Assembly: GCA_910583525.1 (NCBI GenBank)
Contig: CAJTXL010000009.1
Location: 6,023-70,022 of the forward strand
DNA from: an uncultured Muribaculaceae bacterium
Lineage (GTDB): Bacteria > Bacteroidota > Bacteroidia > Bacteroidales > Muribaculaceae
DNA: 64,000 bases
Reading direction: 5' to 3'
Position 1 is the first letter of the stretch. Each line of letters starts with the position of its first letter. Shown here one piece after another: positions 8,307 to 15,755 of this stretch. Below the pieces are notes generated by a model that made no database searches, was not told the origin of the DNA, and saw only the letters and a program-made list of their open reading frames with translations. The position numbers and the translations under genes were made by a program.

Positions 8307-9416
8307 CTACAGGAGCTGGTATGCGCCGCTGCCCGATGTGTTGGTGATGACTTGCTGCGGAAGTGGGCCTTCGTCGCCGCGGATGGGGATTACGCCGTCG
8401 GAGTGCGCCCACACGCGTGTGATGTCGTCCCATTTGAGATTTTCGACCATCTGTCTCATGGGGAAGAGCAGGACGCCTTTTGCGGATGTTGCCATCATTT
8501 TGTCTATCATGACGATGAGGCGGTTGATGTAGCGCTGCTGGTCGATGACGTCTTCGACGAAGGAGTGGACTTCGCCGTCGGTGAGGGGGTAGAGTTTTAC
8601 GGCGAAGGGGTGGCCTTGGTGGGGATAGGGTGAGTCGAACTCGGACAGGACGGTTCCGTCGGGTGCGAGGTAGCGGCAGTGCCATGCGAAGTCCATGCCG
8701 GTGCTGCCGGGTGCCGTCTCGCGGCAGTCGAATGTCCATACTTCGATTACGCGGCAGCGTGCGGGTGTGGCTGCGCAGAAGAAGTTTTCGGCGTCGGATG
8801 CTTCGCCGAGGCTTATGGCAGGGGCTATGCCGGAGCCGTCGCCGCCTTGAGCATAGAGCTGACGGAGTTCGGCCACGCGTTCGGGCGAGCCTGCGCCGAA
8901 GCGGTTGATGACTTCGGGGAGTGTCATGTCGTGCAGCATGCCGATGAGGTCGATGTCCCATCCTCGCGGGTCTTTGAATGCGTTGACGAAGAAGTCGCGC
9001 GGGTCTACGTTGTCGACCCATACGCCGTAGCCGCCCCAACGGCGTTCGTCAACGATACGCTGGATTGCGCAGCCTGATATGAGGAATTCTTCGAGCAGTC
9101 GGCTGTCGAGTTCGGCGAGGCTGTTGCGTTGGGCGAGAGGCTTGAGATTTTCGTCGTTGTAGACACCGGCTTCGGCTGCCTGAGTGCGGTAGCGGCCCAC
9201 GACGGTCTTTACGAGCTGACGAATGAGGTTGTTCGTTAGAGGCTTTGCGCCGCTTTCTTCGAGGAGGCGGCCTTCGACTATGGTGCGGCCTTTGCTGTCG
9301 GTGACGGTGTCGCACCATTGGTTGCCGTAGGTGTAGTTTTTGTAGCGTTGGCGGCGCGCCCTGAGGTCGGCAGCGGCGCACCATGCCTTGTAGGCTGCTT
9401 CGAGGATGCTGTTCAT
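8307..9416 (-). CDS. Phage portal protein, N-terminal 369 aa, ending at an in-frame amber codon (possible pseudogene or split gene)
   Basis: The real start is MNSILEAAYKAW at ATG 9416-9414; the Arg-rich upstream part of ORF 8307..9788 is an artefact. Portal-like strings are present: YKNYTYGNQW, LTNNLIRQLVKTVVGRY, VIEVWTF, HPFAVKLYPLTDGEVHSFVEDVIDQQRYINRLI. The ATG overlaps the stop of the upstream gene (ATGA). Confidence 0.6.
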   Translation of the reverse strand: MNSILEAAYKAWCAAADLRARRQRYKNYTYGNQWCDTVTDSKGRTIVEGRLLEESGAKPLTNNLIRQLVKTVVGRYRTQAAEAGVYNDENLKPLAQRNSLAELDSRLLEEFLISGCAIQRIVDERRWGGYGVWVDNVDPRDFFVNAFKDPRGWDIDLIGMLHDMTLPEVINRFGAGSPERVAELRQLYAQGGDGSGIAPAISLGEASDAENFFCAATPARCRVIEVWTFDCRETAPGSTGMDFAWHCRYLAPDGTVLSEFDSPYPHQGHPFAVKLYPLTDGEVHSFVEDVIDQQRYINRLIVMIDKMMATSAKGVLLFPMRQMVENLKWDDITRVWAHSDGVIPIRGDEGPLPQQVITNTSGSGAYQLL

Positions 9417-10000
9417 ATGGGTTGTATTGTCGGGGACGGGTCGAGGAGTATGGGGAGTGCGGCTTCGTCGATTGTGTAATAGTCTTCGCCGGGGTCTATT
9501 GCGGCTGTCACGGTAAGGGCCTGAGGGTGTATGCCAACGGCCGGCCATGCGAGGATGTCGGGGGCGGAGCCTGCGACGGCGCCTCGGGTGAATACGGCCA
9601 CGGGGTGTGCGGCTGTGGCGGCTGTGTAGGGGTTCTGTTGGCGCGATATTATTGTGTCGGCTTCGTCGGGCGGCCTTACTTCGACGGCCCGGAGCCATCC
9701 GTTGAGGCGGACGTCGAATATGCGGCGGCACATTGCCGGTGCGGCTATGAGCGCTCCGCCGGTGCCCGGGTCTTCGTTGCGGACGCACGAGACGGTGGCG
9801 GCGATGTTGTCGGCTGCGACGAGGCTGCGGTCGCCGTGGTCGAGGATGTCGAGGTAGCGGCGGCGGAGTTCTGTTTCGAGGACTGCGTCGATGTCGATGC
9901 CGTCGGTGCGCTCGACGGTACAGTCGGCGCGCAAAGGCTCAAGGCCGCCGGCAATTCGGCGGCGCTTGAGCATTTCGGCTTTTGAGAGGGTTATTTTCAT
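9413..10000 (-). CDS. Hypothetical 195-aa protein of the phage head module
   Basis: MKITLSKAEMLKRRR... starts at ATG 10000-9998, inside the longer artefactual ORF 9413..10609. ATGA overlaps occur at both ends (with the capsid stop and the portal start). No family recognised. Confidence 0.6.
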   Translation of the reverse strand: MKITLSKAEMLKRRRIAGGLEPLRADCTVERTDGIDIDAVLETELRRRYLDILDHGDRSLVAADNIAATVSCVRNEDPGTGGALIAAPAMCRRIFDVRLNGWLRAVEVRPPDEADTIISRQQNPYTAATAAHPVAVFTRGAVAGSAPDILAWPAVGIHPQALTVTAAIDPGEDYYTIDEAALPILLDPSPTIQPI

Positions 10001-11286
10001 GCGTTTACGGTTTTGCCGATTACGCGGATGTGGGCGTTGGGGTAGCGCAGGACGAGGCAGGATGCTTCGGTGAGGACTACGGCGTCGGTGTTTCGCTGTC
10101 CCGAGGCGCGTAGGTCGAGCTTCTCGGCCTGGAAGGGCACGTGCACATATTTTGTGAGGTAGTTGGGGTCGAGGACGAAGCCGTCGGCGGCGTGTCCGCA
10201 CTGGTCGAAGACTTCGGAGTGGAGAACGTAGAGCGTGCCGAAGTTCGAGACGAGTTCTTTGAACTCGATGCCCCATTTGACTTTTGTCTCGCCTGCGGCG
10301 ACTACTTTGTTGTACTGCACTTTGGAGAGTGCTTCGACAAGAGCTGTGCCCGCGATGAGGATTTTGCGCTTGGAGCCATTGTTGCCGGTGAATGCTTTGC
10401 TGCACAGTTCGATGAGGTCGGCTTCGCTGAGTGTGTCGAGGGCGAGTTCGACGCTGCGCGGCGCCTGACCCCATATGCCGCCGGTGAAGTAGACGTTTTC
10501 GTTTTTGGCCGGGTCGAAGATTACGGAGCGGTGGCCGAAGAGGAAGTTTTTCTCCATTCCGAGGCGCATGTCGATGATAGCGGCTTCTTCCTGGTCGGAG
10601 AAAGACCAACCGACTTCTTTGCCTGCGATTTTTGCGAGGGTGCTCTGCTCGACCTGCATTTTGAATATCTGGCAGTTGTTCGCGGCTTTTCGTGGCATGG
10701 CGGAGAATTGTGCCGTCTGCACGTCGAGTTCGGTGGCGGCTCGGCCCATGCGCACCAGGCGCGTGCCTTTGGCGAGCTGCGGCAGGGCTATGAACGAGCC
10801 GCCCATGCCGCTTTGGGGCGTTCCGTTGAGTGGCACGACTTCGATGCCGCCGTCCTGCGGACGCCCTATGACGTAGAGCACGAGCGGCCCTGCGGCTGTT
10901 CCGGCCGGCGCGCTACCCTGCACGGCGGGCACGAGGACGGTTTCGGAGATATCGAAGATGTTGTCGGCCGAGGTCTTGATGATGTAGGTCATCAGTCCGT
11001 TGCCTCGGTCGACGCCGTCGTTGGGGCTTGTCGGCTCTGTGACTTCGGCTTCGGTGACTTTGGTGTCGACAGAGTAGTATTCGACGGTCATTGCGGTGGC
11101 CTTGCGTGTGTTGGCGCAGCGCGTGAGCTGGTCGATTGGCGTCGACATGGGGCGCACTTTGACGATGCGGCTGTCGATTGAGTTGCGCAGCAGGCCGGGA
11201 GCGGCCTGTGCGATGTTTTCTGTTGTTGCGGCGGTGCCTGCGATGTGTTTGCCTCCGGCGGTGCCGGCTACGATGTTTTCACTCAT
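9997..11286 (-). CDS. Phage major capsid protein (HK97-fold, SU10/DUF5309-like as far as I can judge)
   Basis: 429 aa. The N-arm AAPGLLRNSIDSRIVKVRPMSTPIDQLTR followed by MTVEYYSVD resembles the N-terminal signature of SU10-type major capsid proteins as I remember it. Size and position (between a scaffold-like gene and the portal) fit. Confidence 0.6.
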   Translation of the reverse strand: MSENIVAGTAGGKHIAGTAATTENIAQAAPGLLRNSIDSRIVKVRPMSTPIDQLTRCANTRKATAMTVEYYSVDTKVTEAEVTEPTSPNDGVDRGNGLMTYIIKTSADNIFDISETVLVPAVQGSAPAGTAAGPLVLYVIGRPQDGGIEVVPLNGTPQSGMGGSFIALPQLAKGTRLVRMGRAATELDVQTAQFSAMPRKAANNCQIFKMQVEQSTLAKIAGKEVGWSFSDQEEAAIIDMRLGMEKNFLFGHRSVIFDPAKNENVYFTGGIWGQAPRSVELALDTLSEADLIELCSKAFTGNNGSKRKILIAGTALVEALSKVQYNKVVAAGETKVKWGIEFKELVSNFGTLYVLHSEVFDQCGHAADGFVLDPNYLTKYVHVPFQAEKLDLRASGQRNTDAVVLTEASCLVLRYPNAHIRVIGKTVNA

Positions 11287-11322
11287 AGTAAATAGTAAGT
11301 AGTTGTAAAAAATGTTTTGGGC

Positions 11323-11673
11323 TTAGAAGCCGTCCCAGAAGTCGGGACGTATGTTTGCGAGGAAAGTGGGGTACGAGCGGTCGTCGCCGTCATTCTGCCG
11401 TTGTGCCTGCGCGGCTGACTGGTACATTGCTATTTCTGGGTGCTCGGCGACGGGAGTCGGGTCGGGAGTCGTCCTGTCGGCTTCTGGCGCCGGTGCCGGT
11501 TCGGGGTCTTTCGGCAGCAAGGTTGCGAGCAGTTCGACGGGGTCGCCTCCTGCGGCGATGGCTGCAAGGACGTGCGCGCACTCGCTGTTGGCGCTTATTG
11601 CTCTGAGCAGTTCGGTGTCGCTGCTGCCGTCGGTGTCGCCGTTGACGGGCGGCGGGGTGGGATTTTCTTCCAT
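11323..11673 (-). CDS. Small acidic Pro-rich protein (116 aa), scaffold-like candidate
   Basis: MEENPTPPPVNGDTDGSSDTELL...RSYPTFLANIRPDFWDGF from ATG 11673-11671, inside the longer ORF 11323..11910. It is acidic and low-complexity, and is the first gene of the head module, 36 nt before the capsid gene. Confidence 0.5.
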   Translation of the reverse strand: MEENPTPPPVNGDTDGSSDTELLRAISANSECAHVLAAIAAGGDPVELLATLLPKDPEPAPAPEADRTTPDPTPVAEHPEIAMYQSAAQAQRQNDGDDRSYPTFLANIRPDFWDGF

Positions 11674-11702
11674 TTTTTTCGATTTTTTTGTGGGTTGTGG
11701 CG

Positions 11703-11710
11703 CAAAGTTA
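11703..11710 (-). promoter_or_regulatory. Candidate -7 box (TAacTTTG) for the phage head module
   Basis: The reverse complement of caaagtta is TAACTTTG, about 30 nt upstream of ATG 11673. Confidence 0.35.
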
Positions 11711-11808
11711 CGGCGGTGCCTGCCGGAGCGTTTGCGGAAAATCTCCGGCGTCGGGAAAAAGGCCGGGGATGCCGGCCGTTTTTTTCTCGGCATGTGAGGA
11801 AAAAATCG

Positions 11809-11816
11809 TAAATTTG
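11809..11816 (+). promoter_or_regulatory. Candidate -7 box (TAaaTTTG) only 4 nt before the DUF1573 ATG (would imply a leaderless mRNA)
   Basis: taaatttg lies at 11809-11816 and the ATG at 11821. Confidence 0.25.
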
Positions 11817-11820
11817 GGGC

Positions 11821-12888
11821 ATGAAACATTTGCTGATTTCTGCAATAGCTGTTCTCGCCGCTTTTTCGGGGGCTGCCGTCGACGATGTGAAGTGGCTTGA
11901 GACGAGCCATAATTTCGGGGCCTTCGACGAAGACCTCGGCCCTGTGACGTGCACGTTCAAGTTTGTGAATACTCTTGACGAGCCGGTGTCGATAGTGGTG
12001 GCGCGTTCGTCGTGCGGCTGCACGTCGCCGGTGTATTCGCGCGACGCCGTCGAGCCGGGCGATACGGCCTCGATTTCGGTGACATATGACCCGGCAGGCC
12101 GCCCGGGGCGTTTTACCAAGTATGTCGGGGTGCAGCTTTCTGCCGGCCCGGCACAGCCGAAGCTTTACATAAAGGGTACGGTGGTGGGTTCGGCCAAGAG
12201 TGTGGCGCGGCGTTTTCCTGTTGACTGCGGCGCCGACATGCAGCTTGCAAAGGGCGTGCTTATGACAGGAGAGGTCGCTAAGGGGCAGCTGCGTACGGTT
12301 TTCCTTGAGGCATATAACCGCTCGACCGACACGATACGTCCACGCATAGAGGGTCTTCCGCCTTATTTAGAGGCTGTGGCGTCGCCCGAGGCTGTTCCGC
12401 CGGGCGAGCAGATGTCGTTTATCTTCTATTTCCACTCGGCACGGTGCGAGCAGTACGGCCTTGTGTGCGACACGGTGTATGTGTGCCGCGACGCAGACAG
12501 TGCGGTGCGCTGTCCGCTGCCGACGGTGGCTATCGTGAGCGAGGATTTCTCGAAGATGACGGCGAAACAGCTGGCAAAGGCTCCGCATTGCCGTCTGTCG
12601 GAAACGAGCCTTGATTTCGGCAGACTGGGCCGGGAGCCGGTATCGATGGAGTGCACCGTCCGCAACACAGGCAAGTCGCCGCTGAAACTGCGGCGTGTAT
12701 ATACTGCCGACGAGGGCGTTGCGGTGTCGGTATCGGCCGACACGGTGAAGCCCGGCAAAGAGGCCGTTCTCACCGTCACGGTAGACCCCCGAAAGTTGCC
12801 GGGGGCATTGCTCAACGCCCGGATTTCAATCGTTACGAACGACCCGGATGCGCCCAACACGACCTTACGGGCGGTCGGGGAGCTGTAG
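11821..12888 (+). CDS. DUF1573 domain-containing protein (multi-domain, secreted)
   Basis: Signal peptide MKHLLISAIAVLAAFSGAA, then HNFGAFDEDLGPVTCTFKFVNTLDEPVSIVVARSSCGCTSPVYS...PGDTASISVTYDP, which is the DUF1573 signature (SCGCT). A second copy-like module lies at the C-terminus (LDFGRL...MECTVRNTGKSPLKL). Confidence 0.75.
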   Translation: MKHLLISAIAVLAAFSGAAVDDVKWLETSHNFGAFDEDLGPVTCTFKFVNTLDEPVSIVVARSSCGCTSPVYSRDAVEPGDTASISVTYDPAGRPGRFTKYVGVQLSAGPAQPKLYIKGTVVGSAKSVARRFPVDCGADMQLAKGVLMTGEVAKGQLRTVFLEAYNRSTDTIRPRIEGLPPYLEAVASPEAVPPGEQMSFIFYFHSARCEQYGLVCDTVYVCRDADSAVRCPLPTVAIVSEDFSKMTAKQLAKAPHCRLSETSLDFGRLGREPVSMECTVRNTGKSPLKLRRVYTADEGVAVSVSADTVKPGKEAVLTVTVDPRKLPGALLNARISIVTNDPDAPNTTLRAVGEL

Positions 12889-13060
12889 ATAGCGTTTCTG
12901 CGCCCCTATCGCGCTACGCTGTAGCTTTGCGTTGTCAGGACAGGTTTGCCCGGGTCGCGCGCCGCCTAAAGGGGCGCTTGCCCGGGCCTATTGCAGTTTG
13001 CGCCACTCTGTGGCGTTTGCCCCGAATGGGGCGATGTGTAATATGGTAGCGACGTCTACA
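12889..13060. repeat. Cluster of short GC-rich hairpins with TTTGC-initiated units (REP-like) between convergent genes
   Basis: Units: tttgcccgggtcgcgc..., cttgcccgggcc..., tttgcgccactctgtggcg (stem cgcca/tggcg), tttgccccgaatggggc (stem gcccc/ggggc). There is a direct repeat ttgcccggg at about 12947 and 12979. Confidence 0.45.
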
Positions 13061-13116
13061 TTTGTTATGCGCTGAAATTTCGACCTGAGCCAAAACTGAC
13101 TCTTATTGTTGAACTT

Positions 13117-13650
13117 TTATTCAATGAAATTTTTGAGATCAAAGAACATGAGGCGAGTTTCTTCTGCTTTATCTAAATCTGAGAAGAAGCGGAAGCCGTT
13201 CTTTTCATAGAATGGTGCGGCAGAAACAAGAGCATCGACTGTTATGAAACGACAACCGAGCCGTTTGACGGTTGCGAACGCGTATTTGATATTGTCTAAA
13301 ACAAATGTTCCAACGCCAGTTCCAGTATATCTTTCATTCACTGCAAGTCTGCCAATTTTCACCGCCGGGTAATTTCTACGGCGTTTGGGATTGGGGATGT
13401 TGCGGTTCAGCCTGTTCCAAACATTCTTTTCATCTGGATTGAATGAAATTTTGTCGGCGAGCAGGCTAAAATATGCCACGGTCACATTTTTTTGTAAATC
13501 CTCAAGGAGATATGTTACAGCCATCAGCTCTTTCTGAAAATGCTTTGCATCATCAAAAAGAAAACCGTTCAAATCATCATTTGTGCATCTGAACGGTTTA
13601 ATTATTGTGTCATCGGAGAGTTGAATTTGAGTCAGTTTCGAGAAGTCCAT
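13117..13650 (-). CDS. GNAT-family acetyltransferase, TacT/KacT-like toxin candidate
   Basis: 177 aa; ...YPAVKIGRLAVNERYTGTGVGTFVL...GCRFITVDALVSAAPFYEKNGFRFF (acetyl-CoA-binding G.G.G motif). It is AT-rich and starts 1 nt after the stop of a small upstream ORF. Confidence 0.65.
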   Translation of the reverse strand: MDFSKLTQIQLSDDTIIKPFRCTNDDLNGFLFDDAKHFQKELMAVTYLLEDLQKNVTVAYFSLLADKISFNPDEKNVWNRLNRNIPNPKRRRNYPAVKIGRLAVNERYTGTGVGTFVLDNIKYAFATVKRLGCRFITVDALVSAAPFYEKNGFRFFSDLDKAEETRLMFFDLKNFIE

Positions 13651-13651
13651 A

Positions 13652-13810
13652 TTACCATTGGAAATTGCTTATGGATTTCATGACTTCGTAGGCCTTGCGC
13701 GCCCTTTCTTTCTCCTCTTTTGACACCGGCATTGGCTGCGAAATCATTTTTTCGAAGCGCTGTGCATCCTTACCGAATAACTCAGGGGTTTCTTTAATTG
13801 GCCGTGCCAT
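13652..13810 (-). CDS. Small putative antitoxin (52 aa) paired with the GNAT gene
   Basis: MARPIKETPELFGKDAQRFEKMISQPMPVSKEEKERARKAYEVMKSISNFQW from ATG 13810-13808, inside ORF 13652..13891. MARPIKETP-type small proteins commonly precede toxin genes in Bacteroidales (from memory). Confidence 0.5.
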   Translation of the reverse strand: MARPIKETPELFGKDAQRFEKMISQPMPVSKEEKERARKAYEVMKSISNFQW

Positions 13811-13942
13811 TGTTGGAAAGTTTTTTTGATTTGTAATTACAAAGATACAACAAAAATCTGATATAGAGGGTTGAAAAAATGGTTTTTGCAACTTCGCGTG
13901 GTAAATGGGAGCTTGCGCTTGTCTGTAATTGGTGCTCCGTAC

Positions 13943-14794
13943 TTATTTTATCAATAGTTTTTCGCGTTTTACGGGTTTGCCGTCTTTGTTTGTCTGCACA
14001 ATATATAGACCTTTTTTCAAGTCTTTCAGGAGATATGGATTGGCGGCCTTTTTGATGAAAGCGCCGTTTATATCGTAGATTGTGATATCGTCGTAGCCGT
14101 TTTCCGAAACGGTGCAGTTTGAAATGCCGGAGCTGTTATATGGCTCCAACTCAATGGTTTCTTGTGCAGAGCCGTATTTGTTTTGGACAAGGATGTCTAC
14201 CCAAGCGTAATACAGCGAATTTATCAGGCCTGTCTTTACATGAGCTAAAAGGGACTCGTTTACACCGATAAGCCTTCGTACCGAACTAAATTCTTCTTCA
14301 ACAAATATGTCAAGACGGTTCGCTCCATAATAATGGACGTTAAACGTCAGGTAGAAATAGTCGGGGTCTTTTTCATCCCAAACGCGATTGATGTCGGTTA
14401 TTGCGCTTATGTATGGCTCTGCTGACAAAGATATGTTAAGTGACGGCGCAGACTGCGGTTCTCCGTTTATTGTGTATCGGCATTCGACCAAGCCCGAAAG
14501 GTCGCCGGTTGCGGTGTGTGCGTAGTTGTCGGTGTTGTCTACCGGTTTGGTCGTGAATTTCGGTTGGGAACTTGTTTCTATTTCGACATAATTGCCGGAT
14601 GTGTCTTTTAGCTTGAAAGTCCAGTTGTAGTTGTCGATTTCGGGAAGATTTTCGGCAGATAGGCTATAGGTGTGAACGGCGTAGACTGAGCCGGTGCCGT
14701 CGTTTTCGATATTGTCGCATACAATTGCCGTGTTGGCAAAAGCTAAAACGGGAACAAGGGTGAACAGGATTGTCGATAGGATATTCTTGCGCAT
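13943..14794 (-). CDS. Secreted hypothetical protein with T9SS C-terminal sorting domain
   Basis: Signal peptide MRKNILSTILFTLVPVLAFA. The C-terminus ITIYDINGAFIKKAANPYLLKDLKKGLYIVQTNKDGKPVKREKLLIK has the CTD pattern. AT-rich. Confidence 0.7.
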   Translation of the reverse strand: MRKNILSTILFTLVPVLAFANTAIVCDNIENDGTGSVYAVHTYSLSAENLPEIDNYNWTFKLKDTSGNYVEIETSSQPKFTTKPVDNTDNYAHTATGDLSGLVECRYTINGEPQSAPSLNISLSAEPYISAITDINRVWDEKDPDYFYLTFNVHYYGANRLDIFVEEEFSSVRRLIGVNESLLAHVKTGLINSLYYAWVDILVQNKYGSAQETIELEPYNSSGISNCTVSENGYDDITIYDINGAFIKKAANPYLLKDLKKGLYIVQTNKDGKPVKREKLLIK

Positions 14795-14937
14795 TTTTAG
14801 ACCATTTTTTGCAAAAGTAGTTATTTTTTTAGTATTTGTGTCGTTGTAGCGGAAATTTTTATCGGGTTCTCGACATTTGTTGAGGGGTTTGTCGGGGATA
14901 GTTTTTATTTTTGCGGAAACAACAATATATTGTCCTT

Positions 14938-15618
14938 ATGAAAAACCGATTGTTTACATTGTTTCTGCTGTTAGTGTGCGCCACGCTGTACGTGAGTGCC
15001 GGCAGCGCGCGTGCCGACATTCTGATGAAGAACGGCATCAAGTATGAGGGTGTAGAGGTGTCGCCTCCATGGGGAGCCGACAAGGAGCTGAAGGCTAAGA
15101 TTGACGGTAAGAAGACGAAAATCACGTCGGATTCGATTGACATGGTGGTGATTTGGCACAAGGACCGCCCCGACGAGCAGTATGTGATAAAATGGATGCG
15201 TGCGCTGATTTTCCGCCATAAGGAGAACCGGCTGGAGAATGCCTACCGGTCGTGGTTCGCTCTTCATCAGGCCGGCGACCATCTGTCGTATTGGATTGAG
15301 ATTAACTCGTTCAAGCTCAAAAAGAAATATATGAGGATTTCAGTCCCTCAAGAGGCGCATTTTTTATGGCGTGACTGTGATGACGGGCCTTGCAAGGTTA
15401 ATACGCAGCGCGGCGCCGGTCGTACCCGTGAGTGGCTGACGGCGTTTTTGGACTCGGACAAGGAGCTTTGCCGCAGCCTAAATGAAGACCTTGACATTGG
15501 CAAATGGAACGGGGACTACTATTTCAACGGGATGACGCTCTACGAAAAGCTTGTGAAGGAGTATACGCCTGGGCGTAAGTGCGGCGAGAGCGTGGTTTCT
15601 GCCGGGGATGTGGAATAG
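14938..15618 (+). CDS. Hypothetical secreted protein
   Basis: The ORF track begins at a TTG (14911). The first ATG, 14938, gives MKNRLFTLFLLLVCATLYVSAGSA (signal peptide). No family recognised. Confidence 0.55.
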   Translation: MKNRLFTLFLLLVCATLYVSAGSARADILMKNGIKYEGVEVSPPWGADKELKAKIDGKKTKITSDSIDMVVIWHKDRPDEQYVIKWMRALIFRHKENRLENAYRSWFALHQAGDHLSYWIEINSFKLKKKYMRISVPQEAHFLWRDCDDGPCKVNTQRGAGRTREWLTAFLDSDKELCRSLNEDLDIGKWNGDYYFNGMTLYEKLVKEYTPGRKCGESVVSAGDVE

Positions 15619-15626
15619 AGGAGTTG

Positions 15627-15716
15627 CCAAAAGTGTAGGGACATGCCTTTGGCATGTAGGCTGATTGACAGACACATTACGCTTCTACGTGCCAAAGGCA
15701 CGTCCCTACATTTTGG
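15627..15716. terminator. Long imperfect inverted repeat (about 32 bp arms, each with a nested mini-hairpin), a likely bidirectional terminator between convergent genes
   Basis: ccaaaagtgtagggacatgcctttggcatgtag (15627-15659) pairs with ctacgtgccaaaggcacgtccctacattttgg (15685-15716). The two A/C mismatches become G-U pairs if transcribed from the minus strand. Confidence 0.55.
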
Positions 15717-15755
15717 GGGTTCGCATTCTCATGCAAGGTATGTGAGGCCACCGGG

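Noticed and set aside
8266-10609. Long Arg/Pro/His-rich ORFs overlapping the phage genes (8266..9039, the N-terminal parts of 8307..9788 and 9413..10609, 10141..11181)
   Set aside because: They are off-frame or antisense open frames typical of GC-rich DNA. They have extreme low-complexity composition, and each overlaps a frame with a clearly protein-like translation.
8106-11673. Genome- or phage-wide TAG recoding as the explanation for the amber codon in the portal
   Set aside because: Only one in-frame TAG exists in the whole module. The other module genes end in TGA or TAA, and host genes nearby terminate with TAG (12886-12888, 23639-23641). Systematic recoding is therefore not supported; a local readthrough, restart or a nonsense mutation remains possible.
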